Of a DNA stretch of 64,000 nt, positions 14,042 to 27,376 are shown in pieces (the stretch's first letter is position 1; each line of letters starts with the position of its first letter). A program made the translations under genes and the position numbers. A model generated the notes under the pieces. It searched no databases and was not told the DNA's origin. It saw nothing but the letters and a program-made list of their open reading frames with translations. Source of the DNA: Styela clava (taxonomy: Eukaryota); the NCBI RefSeq assembly GCF_964204865.1, contig NC_135264.1, positions 4,464,001 through 4,528,000 on the forward strand, in the 5' to 3' direction.

Positions 14042-15197
14042 TCTTTTTGGGTATGCATGCAAGAGATGAGCAATGCAAGGTCAAAATCTGATACGATTGT
14101 CAATATAGCACCTCTTCAACTGTACTGTGAAAACGTCCAACCAGGTCCTCGGAAACGGCCTATAGAAGTGCTTTTAGCAAGTATGTTTCCCAGCTTTTCA
14201 TTACAGGAAGGGGAGTGTTTCCAAATTAATGAAATGTTATTAAATCACTAATTATTAAAATCACAAACAACTTACTGGCGTATGAGCCGGTTCATCTAGT
14301 TATAGAGGCAATTGCGTCTAATAATATATCAAATGGGAATAACAGACCAAAATGATAAATATTAAAATGATCAAATCTATTTAAATGAATGTTGTGTCTA
14401 TATTTCTGTATCAATTACATTGCAGCGCGATGGCTAGGTGGACCGGCACCTACGATCCAGGCAATCTTAGATGCAAAGAAAACTGTTTTCATTCATACAT
14501 TTTTATTAGACATATATTTTTCTGTTGTACAACATTAAACAACTCGAATCGCATATCACAATACCAGAATCACTTTCGCTTTGAACTTCATAAAGTTTCA
14601 TTTCAAATTCAATTCAGAAATGTTTACTGAACCACGAATGAACAGGATATTTGAGCCATTATTGTTATTTCAACGCAATATCTGACTTGTGTTTCACTTT
14701 ATGATATGTCTTGACGGTGGAAGTTACCAGTTATAGCACGAATAGCTATTCTAAAGATAGAAGATTGGGAGCCTTTGGAGCGATTTATGCTCAATGGTAT
14801 TTATGAATTAAAGTACTGAAGATGCGCAGCTTGAGTGGACTTCCAGAATGGGTTCTTAAGATATTTCTTACTTTAATTAGTTTAAATGTTTTTAACCCGA
14901 AGTGAGAATATCGCTGTCAATATACAAAGAAGAAAAATATTATTAATGTGCTATTACGATGTCATTTGATATTCGATGATTATTTTATTGAAGAATATTT
15001 CTCAGATAGAAGAAATCTGATGTTCGTATGAAATCATGCAAATATAATCTTGTAACATAGTTTGAATTCGAGTATCGTTAGAAACTTATGTCATATTCTT
15101 GACTTTTTGTTCCTGGGTGTTATCGCTCAAATGTAGTTGACTAAGCTTCGTATAATTTAAAAAAAAAATCAATTTGTGTTATTCAGCATTCGCTAAC

Positions 15198-18003
15198 ATG
15201 AATAAGAAAACGGTATTGGGTATAGTTTTAGCAGTGATAATAATAATAATCGGCCTTGTTGTAATTATGATTGTTACAAGCCTAGTCTCAGCAGTTACAA
15301 CCAACTACGAAAATATAACATTGGAACCAACTACAGAAAGTAAAGTATAAGACGTTTATCTGTAGCTATATATTTTTATAAATTCCATACGTTTACAGGT
15401 CGGTTTGCTTACCATTCATTTTTTTATATCGCAATTGACAAATTTGCATTTTCTCTCCAGTGGCCGTTATGTTTTTAACTCTTTGTATAACATCAAAAGT
15501 AATATCCTCAATGTGCCTAAGAATTGATGACCTCATGATTGAATTTTTGTTAATCAGGATTTAATTTGGAAGTCATAAGATACATACATAAACAAAAATC
15601 TAAAATGAAGCATCGGTTGACCGAAGAGAAAATCACGCTTATGCTGTCAATGCACTTATTTTTAAAAATTCTGCAAATTTTATTATAAAATAAATTAGTA
15701 TATATATATATTAAATAAGATATCATAATAAATTCAAAAAAATGATGATTATTGTTTTTACATGATTAACCAATTTTAGTATTTGAAGAACAACTTTAAT
15801 TAATTTTACTGATTTGAACAGGCGAAATAAAACTGATTTTGAGGAGACTAACCAATTTCATTTGATATTAATTGATATTAAACAGTTTATTACTGTTGGA
15901 ATCATTCTATATATCGTCACGCTAATAACCGAATTGCGTAAGTCATTTTTAGCAGTTTTGAGAAAAACGTAAAAAACTTCCTAATGATATTGTTATGCCA
16001 TTGAGAGTCAATAATTTGTCATAATTCAATCTTATGATCATAGCCGGATTTAAGTTAATTTGTATGACGCAGTAAAGTGACGTCATAATGGCGCACTGTG
16101 ACTTAAGCACAAATTTGTCTATGACTTGGGGACATACGCAATTTTGCAACTTTACTATATGCACCAGTCCTGAAAACTAAAAATTTAAAAAAAAATGTAA
16201 TTCTCAATATCTGCAATGCTCAATCCCCAAAATAGCTAATTAGTTTCAATTACATTATTTTTTATGTTTAAAAATATATATTTCATCAATATAACACGTT
16301 CTGCACACCCACCGGAATAAGACTAAGATTAAATATAAAGAATAAAACAGCAATGCACCCAATATAAAAGCCAATCAAAATGAATTGGACTCGGACAGTG
16401 AATATCACAAGTGCACGCCTTCCTATACTGTAGTATAAATTCCAATTAATACGCGGCTAAGCTATAATCCGAAATGAAAAAACTCGAAAATAATTCGACG
16501 AGGGTATTTTGTATTTGTGACGTCATAATAGTCGTGTGGTAACAATGATAATTCATTATGACGAAACAATTGCACAAATGTGCATGTCATACTAAATCTC
16601 CATTTTAATGAGTACCGGAATTCTCAAAATAAAATCTGAGTTAACAGACAGGTGCGCAGCATCACTTGAATACCTATTTTATGAAAAACTCAAAATCACC
16701 AAAATTGACTTACGCAATTTGGTTATTAGCGTTACGATATGTTGCATATTCCATAATATTGATACAATTACTAATAACAATTTTTTCGATATTTATATTA
16801 CCTAAAAATGTATTTTTTTTCAGACACCAGGGGGGATGATTGGCATAAGTTTTCAAATGGATCGTACAAGTTGTTTCTGAGTCATGTTACTTATGAAGCA
16901 GCAAAAAAAGGTTGCAGGAATGTAAATGCAAGATTGGTAACTGAGGGAATAAGAAATGAAGTCACCCGCAAGTGAGTTCATGTAATGAAACTAATTTCAA
17001 CCAACGCTTATAATTTCATTCATTTGTTTATCATCATATCGCAAACGAATAAGATAGGTATAAACAATTTTACCAATTGTTTTACGAACGTTTTTTTCCA
17101 TTTTTTTTTTGTTCTGCATCAAGTCTGACAAATTATTTGAAGGAGGCTAAACTTCAGTAGACACATTTTCAAGACAAGCTCAATAATAACCATTAAGTTA
17201 TTGTTTATCAAATTGATAGAAAATGTATCGAAATGTAAAATATTTAAAAGAATTAGTATGTATGGTTATCATGCGCTTTGAATAACAACTTTTGTGTACT
17301 GCTGCAAGTCGAGAATCGTGAAAGTGAAAAATGAAAGTTTTCAAAAGCAAATCAGTCTGTAAAGGTATTGTAGTAAGCAGTTCTATCAGTTTATTGTTAT
17401 CACAAAGTCTATTATCCCATTTTGCTTCATTGCAATGAGTTGTTTAAGAATGTTAAAGAAAGTAGAATGTCCTGTAAAAATTGAAGACATTTTAACGGGA
17501 GCTTGGTCGTTAAAAATTTCATTTTTCAAGTCTACACTACATGCTACTTTGTAGTATAATTTATATTGTTTTATGCCAATTTGAAAAAATGAATTACGAT
17601 AAGCATCCTATATGAAATACTTTCAATAAGTTCCGGATCGATTATTCACTGGAGCTTGAATTTCCCTTGAAAAAGGTATATTGTGCCTTCAAAGAGATAG
17701 TTAAAATCATATCAATTTAGAAGCATTGTGGATGAAATGATACTTCCAGTTTTCAAAGCAAATAAACTTGGAGCTGTTTATGGAGTGTGGATAGGATTGG
17801 ATGACCAGCAAGAACCAATCAACACATGGAAATGGATTGATGGTATTGCATCGACAAATGATAACACTGCTTGGGCTCCTGGTGAACCAAGTAATTATCT
17901 CGAAAGATGTGGAATGCTGCATAAACTATTGAAGTGGTTAGTCATTGATCAGGATTGTTTGGCTACCAATGCATATATTTGCGAAATAGCAAAAAGTAAA
18001 TGA
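15198..18003 (+). CDS. Type II transmembrane C-type lectin, copy 2 (190 aa, divergent EPS/VID sugar site)
   Basis: Exons 15198-15339, 16824-16971 and 17721-18003. Intact frame. WIGLDDQQEP...WAPGEPSNYLERC...WLVIDQDC. Confidence 0.9.
15914..16737. mobile_element. Non-autonomous TIR element with ~32-bp TIRs and TA (or ATAT) duplication, in intron 1 of lectin copy 2
   Basis: tcgtcacgctaataaccgaattgcgtaagtca / tgacttacgcaatttggttattagcgttacga. Empty site ttttatatatgttgc in copies 1 and 3. Confidence 0.85.
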
Positions 18004-19399
18004 CAGACGCAAAAAAGTATCAGAGAATAGAATTTCCTTGCTTATCATCGGTTCTGCATGTTTTACTGTTGCAACTAATTACCTTTAAAGTTGCAACTAA
18101 TTACCTATACTAACTAACGTTTAAACAATGGTTTTATTTGACACATTCCCTCTTCTGAACAAAGTTAAACATCACTTCATGTCCGAAATGACAATGTCAA
18201 ATGTATATTTTTCATAAGTCTGTATTTCAACAATTAAGTCATAAGTATAGTTCCAACTTTATATTCCAGCCATACATTACCTGCCTCAAATTGTGCACTG
18301 GTAAAAATGCATCTTCAAATTTATATTACTCACTTAGCTGTGTCTTACCATACCTAATAGACCGGTTTTTTTTTTTCAGAAAGTGAAATCCGACAAGAAA
18401 AATGGCAGGGTAATTTGTCCTTAGAAAAGAATTTGAAATATCTGTATGTTCTTATATTTGTGCACTAACTTTAGACATGAATCAAATCTCATTCCGTTAG
18501 AGGTCGGTGGGCTGGCTGTTCATAACAATTAAACTTTGTCAGCTCTGAAAAAAAAAAATTATTCCACAGATTACCTCTTTTGATAAATTTTTCTGAATAT
18601 GTATCAGCATTTTTTAAGAGCAATTTTGAAATTTTTCTGAGGCATAGAACTATTTTGATCCATGAATACCTCTTCCTATAACGATTACCTTTTTGCAACC
18701 CACCGGTTGGGAAGCACTTTAATAAAGTAGTGCCAGTTATGCTTGAATAATTGAAATCTGAAAGATTTCTATCTGGAAACAGTGGTCGACTACTGATGAT
18801 ATATAAATTTTGCTAAGAACAGTCGTCTACTCTTCATATGTCATCATATTGTGCATATTCCTGTGATTACATTTACCGTCTTCTGGTAACTATTAGAGGA
18901 ACTTTATTAAGTACTATATTGTGATGTCTGATATTCGACAAAAAAAAGGATTTCGAAAAAGACAAAGAAAAAATAAAGATGTGATTTTATTGCATTTTTG
19001 GCTTTTAAACTGTTTTGTTGACTGAAGGTAAACTAACAAATCAAAGATCTCTTAAACTTGCTTACCAGCATGCAGATTTGATATTACTATGACGTTCAGA
19101 CCTAAAAAAGAGACTAGAAAACTATTACTTCTATTTATTTGAAAAAATTTGTGGGGTCTATGGGATTCGTTTTTCACTTTTGAGTTTTGTGTAAGACGTC
19201 ATCAACATTGCGCACTGTGTGACGGTTTCGCGGTCCCGTGTCAGCGATCTGATAATCACACTACCGGAATGGAGAAAAAAGTTGTTGCTACTTCGTTTTG
19301 ATTTTCGTTATTTCAAGATTGCTCTCTTGTTTATTTATTAAATTATTCAAATTGATTTGCCTTGGTATTCGATATTAATGAAAGTGACAGCAAACACAC

Positions 19400-20321
19400 T
19401 TGTGCGAGGTCACAAGATGGAATCGGGAATTTACATGTAACGGCTCCTGTCTCCGCGTTCGTTAAAAATACCGGCTTTTTCGCAATATATTGAATTGTTC
19501 TGTCTCGTAATAACTACAAGAATTCAAAATGTCTTTCTATTTTAATTCAGTTGTGTTCAAGGTAACTCGCTGTTGCGGCGACTCGTGTCAAAATAAACTC
19601 ATTATCCATCTAATTTATATGCCGAAGGAAATTCTGATTTAGGGAGAATAAACACCGAAATTGATATTTTTACGGCTTAAATAGCACGCCACGCTTACGA
19701 AAATTATCGAGATTTAAACAAAATGCAATCACAAATGCCTTAGCTACTTTATTTTTCAGTGGTCAAGGGCCGGGGAAACGTCCACATGCATAATAACTAT
19801 TAAAAAATGAACTGCTTTTAAATTTACATAAATTCATTTGTACTTCTCCGTTTTATTTGAAACGTTAGGCAAGCCAAGAAGTCTGTAATTATTGCTTATT
19901 TTTAACACACAGTGAATAATTTTGACATCGCTCAATAGTGATGAAGTAAACAATTGATTGAAATTTTACGTTTAAGCAGAAAATACATTAAAGCATAGAT
20001 TTATTGCGTGTTTAGTTTTACTTAAAAATTAGTCTGACTTTACCAGGTATTGCAAACTGAGCGGAAAACCGAGAATGTATGTGGCCAACCACTATTTGGT
20101 TTTATACATATGACATTGAATGGCAAAGTTTCAATCCGGAGGGTTTTATGCCTAAACAATCTGAGCAATGACGGTATGATACCAACACTCTTATAGCGCC
20201 ACCTTAATATATAGAAACCTGCCCATCACAAAAGCATTTTTTTAGGCAAAAAGAGGGGGGGGCGCGAAGTTTGTAAAATTTTTCAAAGGGGGGCGCGGCT
20301 CAAAAAGTTTAAAAACCCCTG
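19400..20321. mobile_element. One-ended hAT-Charlie fragment in the unit 2/3 spacer
   Basis: Right end ggggggcgcggctcaaaaagtttaaaaacccctg is followed by cactagag. Absent at the homologous site near 13860. Left TIR missing. Confidence 0.7.
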
Positions 20322-21664
20322 CACTAGAGGATAAATATCAGGGGTTTATAAATAATTGATAAATAGCCTAATACATTATAATAGAATTGAATTACCATCT
20401 TTTTGGGTACTCTTGAAGTATACGCACCAAGATGTCGCACAACCTGAACCATAACCTGGTACACAATCTGAGTTCAGGTTGTGCGCACACTTCAGGAGGT
20501 CCTCTTTTTGGGTATGCATGCAAGAGATGAGCGATGTAATTGTCGAACGTTGCTAATCAGGAGCAAGGTCAAAATCTGATACGATTGTCGATATAGCACC
20601 TCTTCAACTGTGCTGTGAAAACGTCCAACCAGGTATTCGGAAACGGCCTATGGAAGTGCTTTCCCAGCTTTTCATTACAGGAAGGGGAGTGTTTCTAAAT
20701 TAATGGAATGTTATCAAATACCTAATTATTAAAATCACAAACACCTTTCTGGCGTATGAGCCAGTTCATCTAGTTATAGAGGCAATTGCATCTAATAATA
20801 TATCAAAATGGGAATCACAGACCAAAATAATAAATAATAAAATGATCAAATATATTAAAATGAATGTTGTGTCTATATTTCTGTATTAATTACATTGCAG
20901 CGCGATGGCTAGGTGGACCGGCACCTACGATCCAGGCAATCTTAGATGCAAAGAAAACTGTTTTCATTCATACATTTTTATTGGACATATATATATTTTT
21001 CTGTTGTACAACATTAAACAACTCGAATCGCATATTACAATACCAGAATTGCTTTCGCTTTGAACTTCATAAAGTTTCATTTCAAATTCAATTTAGAAAT
21101 ATTTACTGAACTACAAATTAAAAGAATATTTGAGCCATTATTGTTATTACAACTCAATATCTGACTTATGTTTCACTTTATGATATGTCTTGACGGTGGA
21201 GGTTACCAGTTATAACACGAATAGCTAGCTATTCTAAAGATAGAAGATTGGGAGCCTTTAAAGCGATTTATGAATTGTAGTACTGAAGATGCGCAGCTTG
21301 AGTGGACTTCCAAAATGGGTTCTTAAAATATTTCTTACTTTTACTTGGTTTAAATGTTTTTAATCCGAAGTGAGAATATCGCTGTCAATATAAAAAGAAT
21401 AAAAAATATTAATAATGTGCTATTACGATGTCATTTAATATTCGATGATTATTTTATTGAATAATATTTCACAGATAGAAGAAATCTGATGTTCGTATGG
21501 AATCATGCAAATATAATCTTGTAAAATAGTTTGAATTCGAATATCGTTGGAAACTTATGTCATAGTCTTGTCTTTCTGTCACGAGTGTTATCGCTCAAAT
21601 GTAGTTGACTAAGCTTTGTAGAATTTAAAAAAAAATCATTTTGCATTATTCAGCATTCGCTAAC

Positions 21665-23657
21665 ATGAATAAAAAAACGGTATTTGGTATAGTTTTAGCA
21701 GTGATAATAATAATAATCGTCCTTGTTTTAATTATGATTGTTACAAGCCTAGTCTCAACAGTTACAACCAACTACAAAATGTTACAATTGCAACCAACTA
21801 CAGAAAGTAAAGTATAAAACGTTTATCAGTAGCTATATATTTTTATAAATTCCATACGTTTACAGGTCGGTTTGCTTACCATTCATTCTTTTACATCGCA
21901 ATTGACAAATTTGCATATTCTGTCCAGTGTCCGTTATGTTTTTAACTCTTTGTATAACATGTATGTTCTGTGTCATCAAAAGTCATATCCTCAATGTTCC
22001 TAAGAAATAGTAATCTTTTGATTGGATTTTTTTGAATCAGGATTTAATTTGGAAGTCATAAGATACATACATAAACAAAAATCTAAAATATAGCATCGGT
22101 TGACCGAAGAGAAAATCACGCTTATGCTGTCAATGCACTTACTTTTGAAAATTCTGCAAATTTTATAATAAAATAAATTAGTGTATAATAAATAAGATAT
22201 CATAATATTTTCAAACAATGATGATTATTGTTGTTACATGATTAATCAATTTTAGAATCTGAAAAATAACCTTAGTTTTACTGATTTGCACAGGCGAAAT
22301 AAAGCTGATTTTGAGAAGACTAATCAATTCCATTTGACATTAATTGTTAAACAGATATAACTGTTGGAATCATTTTATATATGTTGCACAATTAATATAT
22401 TTGATAATATTGAAACAATTATTAATAACAATTTTTTCGATATTTATATTACCTAAAAATGTATTTGTTTTTTCAGGCTCTGGATGGGATGATTGGCATC
22501 ACTTTTCAGCTGGATCGTACAAGTTGTTTCCAACTGAGGTTAATTATGAAGCAGCAAAAAATGGTTGCAGAAATGCAAATGCAAGATTGGTAACTGAAGG
22601 AATAAGGAATAAAGTCACCCGCAAGTGAGTTCATGTAATGAAACTAATTTCAACCAACTCTTATATTTTCATTCATTTGTTTATCATCATATTGCAAACG
22701 AATAAGATAGGAATACACAATTTCACCAATTGTTTTACGAACGTTTATTTCCGTTTTTTTTTTGTTCTGCATCAAATCTGACAAATTAGTTGAAGGAGGC
22801 TAAACTTGAGTAGACACATTTTCAAGACAAGCATAAGAATTACCATCAAATTATTGTTTATCAAATTGATAGAAAATATATCGAATTGTAAAATATTTAA
22901 ATAAAATATTATGTAGCTATTATGTGCTTTGAATAACACCTTTTGTGTAATGCTACAAGACGAGAATCGTGAAAATGAAAAATAAAAGTCGTCAAAAGCA
23001 AATCAGTCTGTAAGAACATGTCCTTTGTAGTAAGCAGTTCTATCTGTTTGTCGTTATCACAAAGTCTATTATCCCATTTTGCTTCATTGCAATGAGTTGT
23101 TTAAGAATGTTAAAGAAAGTAGAATGTCCTGTAAAACATGACGACATTTTAACGGTAGCTGGGCCGTTATAAATTTCATTTTTCAAGTCTACACTACATG
23201 CTACTTTGTAGTTTAATGTATATTGTTTTATGCTAATTTGAAATGATGAATTACGAGAAGCATTCTATATAAAATACTTTCAATGAGTTTCGGATCGATA
23301 ATTCATAGAAACTAGAATTTATCTTGAAAAAAGTACATTGTATCTTCAAAGGGATAATTACCATCTTATCAATTTAGAAGCATTATGGATGAAATGATAC
23401 TTCCCGCTTTTCACGCAAATAAACTTGGATCTGTTTATGGAGTGTGGATAGGATTGGATGACCTGGAAGTAATCAACAAATGGGAATGGATCGACGGTAT
23501 TGCGTCGACAAATGATAACACTGCTTGGGCTCCCAGTGAACCAAATAATGCAAGTGAAAGATGTGGAATGCTGCATAAACTATTAAAGTGGTTAATCAAT
23601 GATGAGTATTGTTTGGATGCCAATGCATATGTTTGCGAAATGGCAAAAAGTAAATGA
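21665..23657 (+). CDS. Type II transmembrane C-type lectin, copy 3 (189 aa, EPN motif)
   Basis: Exons 21665-21806, 22477-22624 and 23378-23657. Intact frame. EPNN/IND. Confidence 0.9.
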
Positions 23658-25556
23658 CAGAGGCAAAAAGTATCAGAGAATAGAATTTCCATGCTTATCA
23701 TCGGCTTTGCATGTTTTACTGTTTATCTAAAGTTGTAACTAATTAACTACTAACTAACGTTTGAACAATGATTTTATTTGATACATTCTCTCTTCTGAAC
23801 AAAGTTAAACATAACATCACTTCATGCCCGAAATAACAATGTCAAATGTATATTTTTCATAAGTCTGTATTTCAACAATCAAGTCATAAGTATATTTCCA
23901 ACTTTATATTCCAGTCATACATTGCCTGCCTCACATTGTGCACTGGTAAAAATGCTTGTCAAAACTATTGTGGAGGTTCAATAAATGTGTCCCAAGTACG
24001 CATTTACTGGTATTTAATTTATACTAAATGTTGCGAAGAACTAGCAATAGGGCGAAGAGATACCCATTACCCATTTCCTTTGCATTAACAAAAGAACAGA
24101 ATGAACTATTCACAAATGGAAATATACTTCGCTTATAGTTTAAGTCTTTAGGATGTAAAAATCTTTAAGAATGATACCAGCCCATTGAAATAATCATGAC
24201 CTCTAATCGTCTATATGCCATAAAACTGTAAATGTGGAAACACAGATTTTTAACAAGATTTCCATTGTCTGGAAATCCACATACACACTATATAAAATGG
24301 GCTAATATTGTCAAAATTGGTTAATTTGTGGTCAAAAGTGGCAGAACTTCATTCCCTTGGTACGTCACTAACAATGCCATTTTATATGAAGTGTCCATTG
24401 ACATAGACCGAATTGAAAAAGCAGGGTTATTATCAACAACAGGGCATTCCTGCATTGGTACTAAGAGATCGTTTGGCTTTACACTCATAATTTTAATCTA
24501 TTCACTTAGTACCCAGTGTCATTGCTTCAATAAGAGTATCTTGAAAGCTTCTTCTTGTATGCAAATATAGAAAAAGTGGACAAGTCAAACCAAAACAAGA
24601 ATTTTTAATTCTTACCAATCAAAAAGTATTATTAAATAATACAAAATAATGGCCTTCTTGTCAGGAAACGCGAAAGATATACCCAGCAGTAATCCTCGGA
24701 AAACTGTATGTCTGATAGATTGAATTGATATTAGACAATCTTAAATTTATTGCGAACATTGTGGTAATATATTGACATTGTTCATTCAAGGATTTATTGC
24801 TCCGTGCTTTTACATCTCTGAGTGCTCGTTGTTGGTTTTGTGGTTTAGAGACTCGGATTAATTGCCTGTTCTACTTACGTCATGCATAATAAACAATATA
24901 TTTCTGTCAACTGGTAAATTGGTTAAACCCAAGACATAGATAAAAAATCGTATGTGGCCTTGCTTGAAAGACACCTATTATTTTATTTTAAAGGTACGCT
25001 CGTGTTTATAAAATAAACACTCCCGAATTGCCAGAAAGAATTGAAATTAAATGAATAAATAATACAACACTCAAGAGGTGTAGGCATTAGAATATATATG
25101 AACATGAAGAACAGTAATTATAAGAGTCAGTTTCATTTTGTGATCATGTCTACCGACCCAAAGTCGAGAATAAATGAAATGTTTCTTTTCGAAATAATAA
25201 TCAGCGAAAACTGTGATAACTTTCTGTCCCATTTTTTTTTGTCCTGCTGCGGTCGTCACGGATCCAACTTTTGCGAATTCTGAACAATTGAATCGTTTCG
25301 AATTAGTCGTGAAAATAGATCTTTCGAGCATAAAGTGCTTATATTCCTTTGTATTTAGGAAATTTTCTATGACCAATGATCATTTTTGCCAGGTTTATAT
25401 ACAAATGGTATTCTATGAAACATTATCATGGAATTAGTGAATACATGAGTATAGCAGTTTTTATTTAATATCGGGGGCAATAACTCTGCGAAAAGATATA
25501 TGTTTATCCGGTCCGAATTTTCTGCTTGCAAGTTTCAGTGAAGGCTTCCTTTGCAT

Positions 25557-25583
25557 TATATATATATATATATATATATATAT
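25557..25583. repeat. (TA)n microsatellite
   Basis: Run of tatata directly visible. Confidence 0.9.
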
Positions 25584-25651
25584 TAGGGATCCGTCGTTTC
25601 CAGTTCTTAAAAGGTGATTTGTTTTCGTACATTTACATAGATAGTTAAGGT

Positions 25652-25831
25652 CAGTGGTGAGATTCAAATTTTTTGTCAGCCGGTTCCATCACAAAAGTCA
25701 TATTTCTCAGTCGGTTCTGTTACAAACAGAACATTGACAGTAACCGGTAAAGCTAAACGGTTCGCTGATCTCATAAAATTCCGCGAGACGGTTCTATAGA
25801 ACCGGTGCGAACCGGCTGAATCCCACTACTG
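25652..25831. mobile_element. 180-bp hAT MITE
   Basis: TIRs cagtggtgagattca / tgaatcccactactg. Perfect TSD gttaaggt. Second copy at 63600-63777. Confidence 0.88.
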
Positions 25832-27297
25832 GTTAAGGTATATATGAATGATGTCAGCGAAGAATTCACCCACGCAAAGCTGTCTGGATGTTATTAGAAC
25901 ATAATTTTCCATTTGTGTGTCTGTGAATTAGCACAAATGAGACCCAAAATATTCACATTACACCAGAACCGCCAAAGGGTGTGATTTTATTTTAAGATAG
26001 TATTGTGAGCATGGGATCTAATTATCTAGGTTTATAACTGTTCAGTACTGTAACTACTATCACGGAGTTGCAATGCTGCTTACTATAGTACAACGCCATT
26101 AGCGCGAAGATAAGTCTGGCGCTACATCATTGGTTCGTTTCCTGTTCTTATTGATCTTTCTCTGCACTGACATATTCACTTTACATATCTGTTAATGCTT
26201 GCGCCACAATTCACTTGCGATTTGCAGGCAAGTGCTTTTTTCGGCTAAGTCGCGTATATTTCTATATATATGTAGTAACTTCAATATAAATATTTTTGTA
26301 AAGCTCTGTTTTAGCTGAATTTATTAATACCGGTTAGACAAGCGGATTCAAGAATATCGTCGTAAATGTTTTTACTGTATTTATTTTGCGAAAAGCTCGG
26401 TCCTTTATAATCTATGGTAGTCGATTAGCACGCTGAGATCAACTTATGGGCGAGGCATGCGTATTGTATGAGACGCGCGTCGAAAACGGATTAGATTGGT
26501 GGATTATTGTTTGTTGAACCTAACTACAAGTGTATTTTAAGTGGTTTCATAGCCTTTATTTTAACCGCGCCCATGAACAGTGCAATTCTCGTCTAGAAAA
26601 GGATATTGATTGATTAGGAAGAGTTTGGCTTTATCTAGTTAGAATGACAATAAATGCACAGTTTTATTTAAAGTGTAAGCTTCCTGTGGCCCTAATTAAA
26701 GTGAAATATTCCGTTAGATATCAATTCGTCCATAAAGTCATTTTAAAAGTGTGAGATGATGATTGAATTTCAAGAATTTTAGAGCTTTGAGGCTTATTCA
26801 ATATTGTACAATAACACAATTCTTTACCGGTCTTGAACTATCATAAAATCTGTAAGACGCAGTATCATGGCCTATTATCCCTATCAAAATAAACAATCTT
26901 TACCTCGTATGTCGTCATATACCGTCGCAGCGCGGTATCACTACCACATATCTTTGTAAACGCTCACGCTGTGTGTTAAACCAAAGTAATAAACCTTTTA
27001 GTCAAGGGATACAAATATCTGTCTTAATGGCGCTAAGCGTTTTATAGTAGCGAAGAAGTAAATAGTTTTTAGCGTACCCAAGTTAATGTCAGCTAAATTA
27101 GTAAAAAGATTCAGGTTGCGCTTTTCGGTTCGCCTAGCACTTATTGTTCTCCGTTTAGCTGGCTTCAGGTTTCGTTAAAATTGTTACTGCGTTCATTCTG
27201 AAATGTAGCGTCGCTCGAAGCTGTTGATAAAATAGCGTAAACTTATGTGAATGTACCTCTAACTTACCTTACAGCTAGTGTGATATAAAATTAAATA

Positions 27298-27376
27298 ATG
27301 AGTAGGTCAAAGGAAGAAAGTCCAAAAAAACTTCCGAGGAAAGGCATCAAACTATTTTCACAAGTGGACTTGCCAG
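27298..27376 (+). CDS. Candidate alternative (distal) first coding exon of the septin, MSRSKEESPKKLPRKGIKLFSQVDLP
   Basis: ATG, open frame, strong cag|gtaagc donor in phase 1, compatible with microexon 32091-32098. An upstream acceptor ccttacag ends at 27274. Confidence 0.55.

Larger units (their letters stand above)
8137..23955 (+). repeat. Tandem segmental triplication, units about 8137-14003, 14004-20464 and 20465-23955, each with one lectin gene
   Basis: Collinear near-identity of upstream region, exons, introns and 3' flank across all three units, with unit-specific indels and TE insertions. Confidence 0.92.

Noticed and set aside
24300-24710. Short open frames and splice-like signals on the minus strand
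   Set aside because: No recognisable homology and no coherent exon chain.
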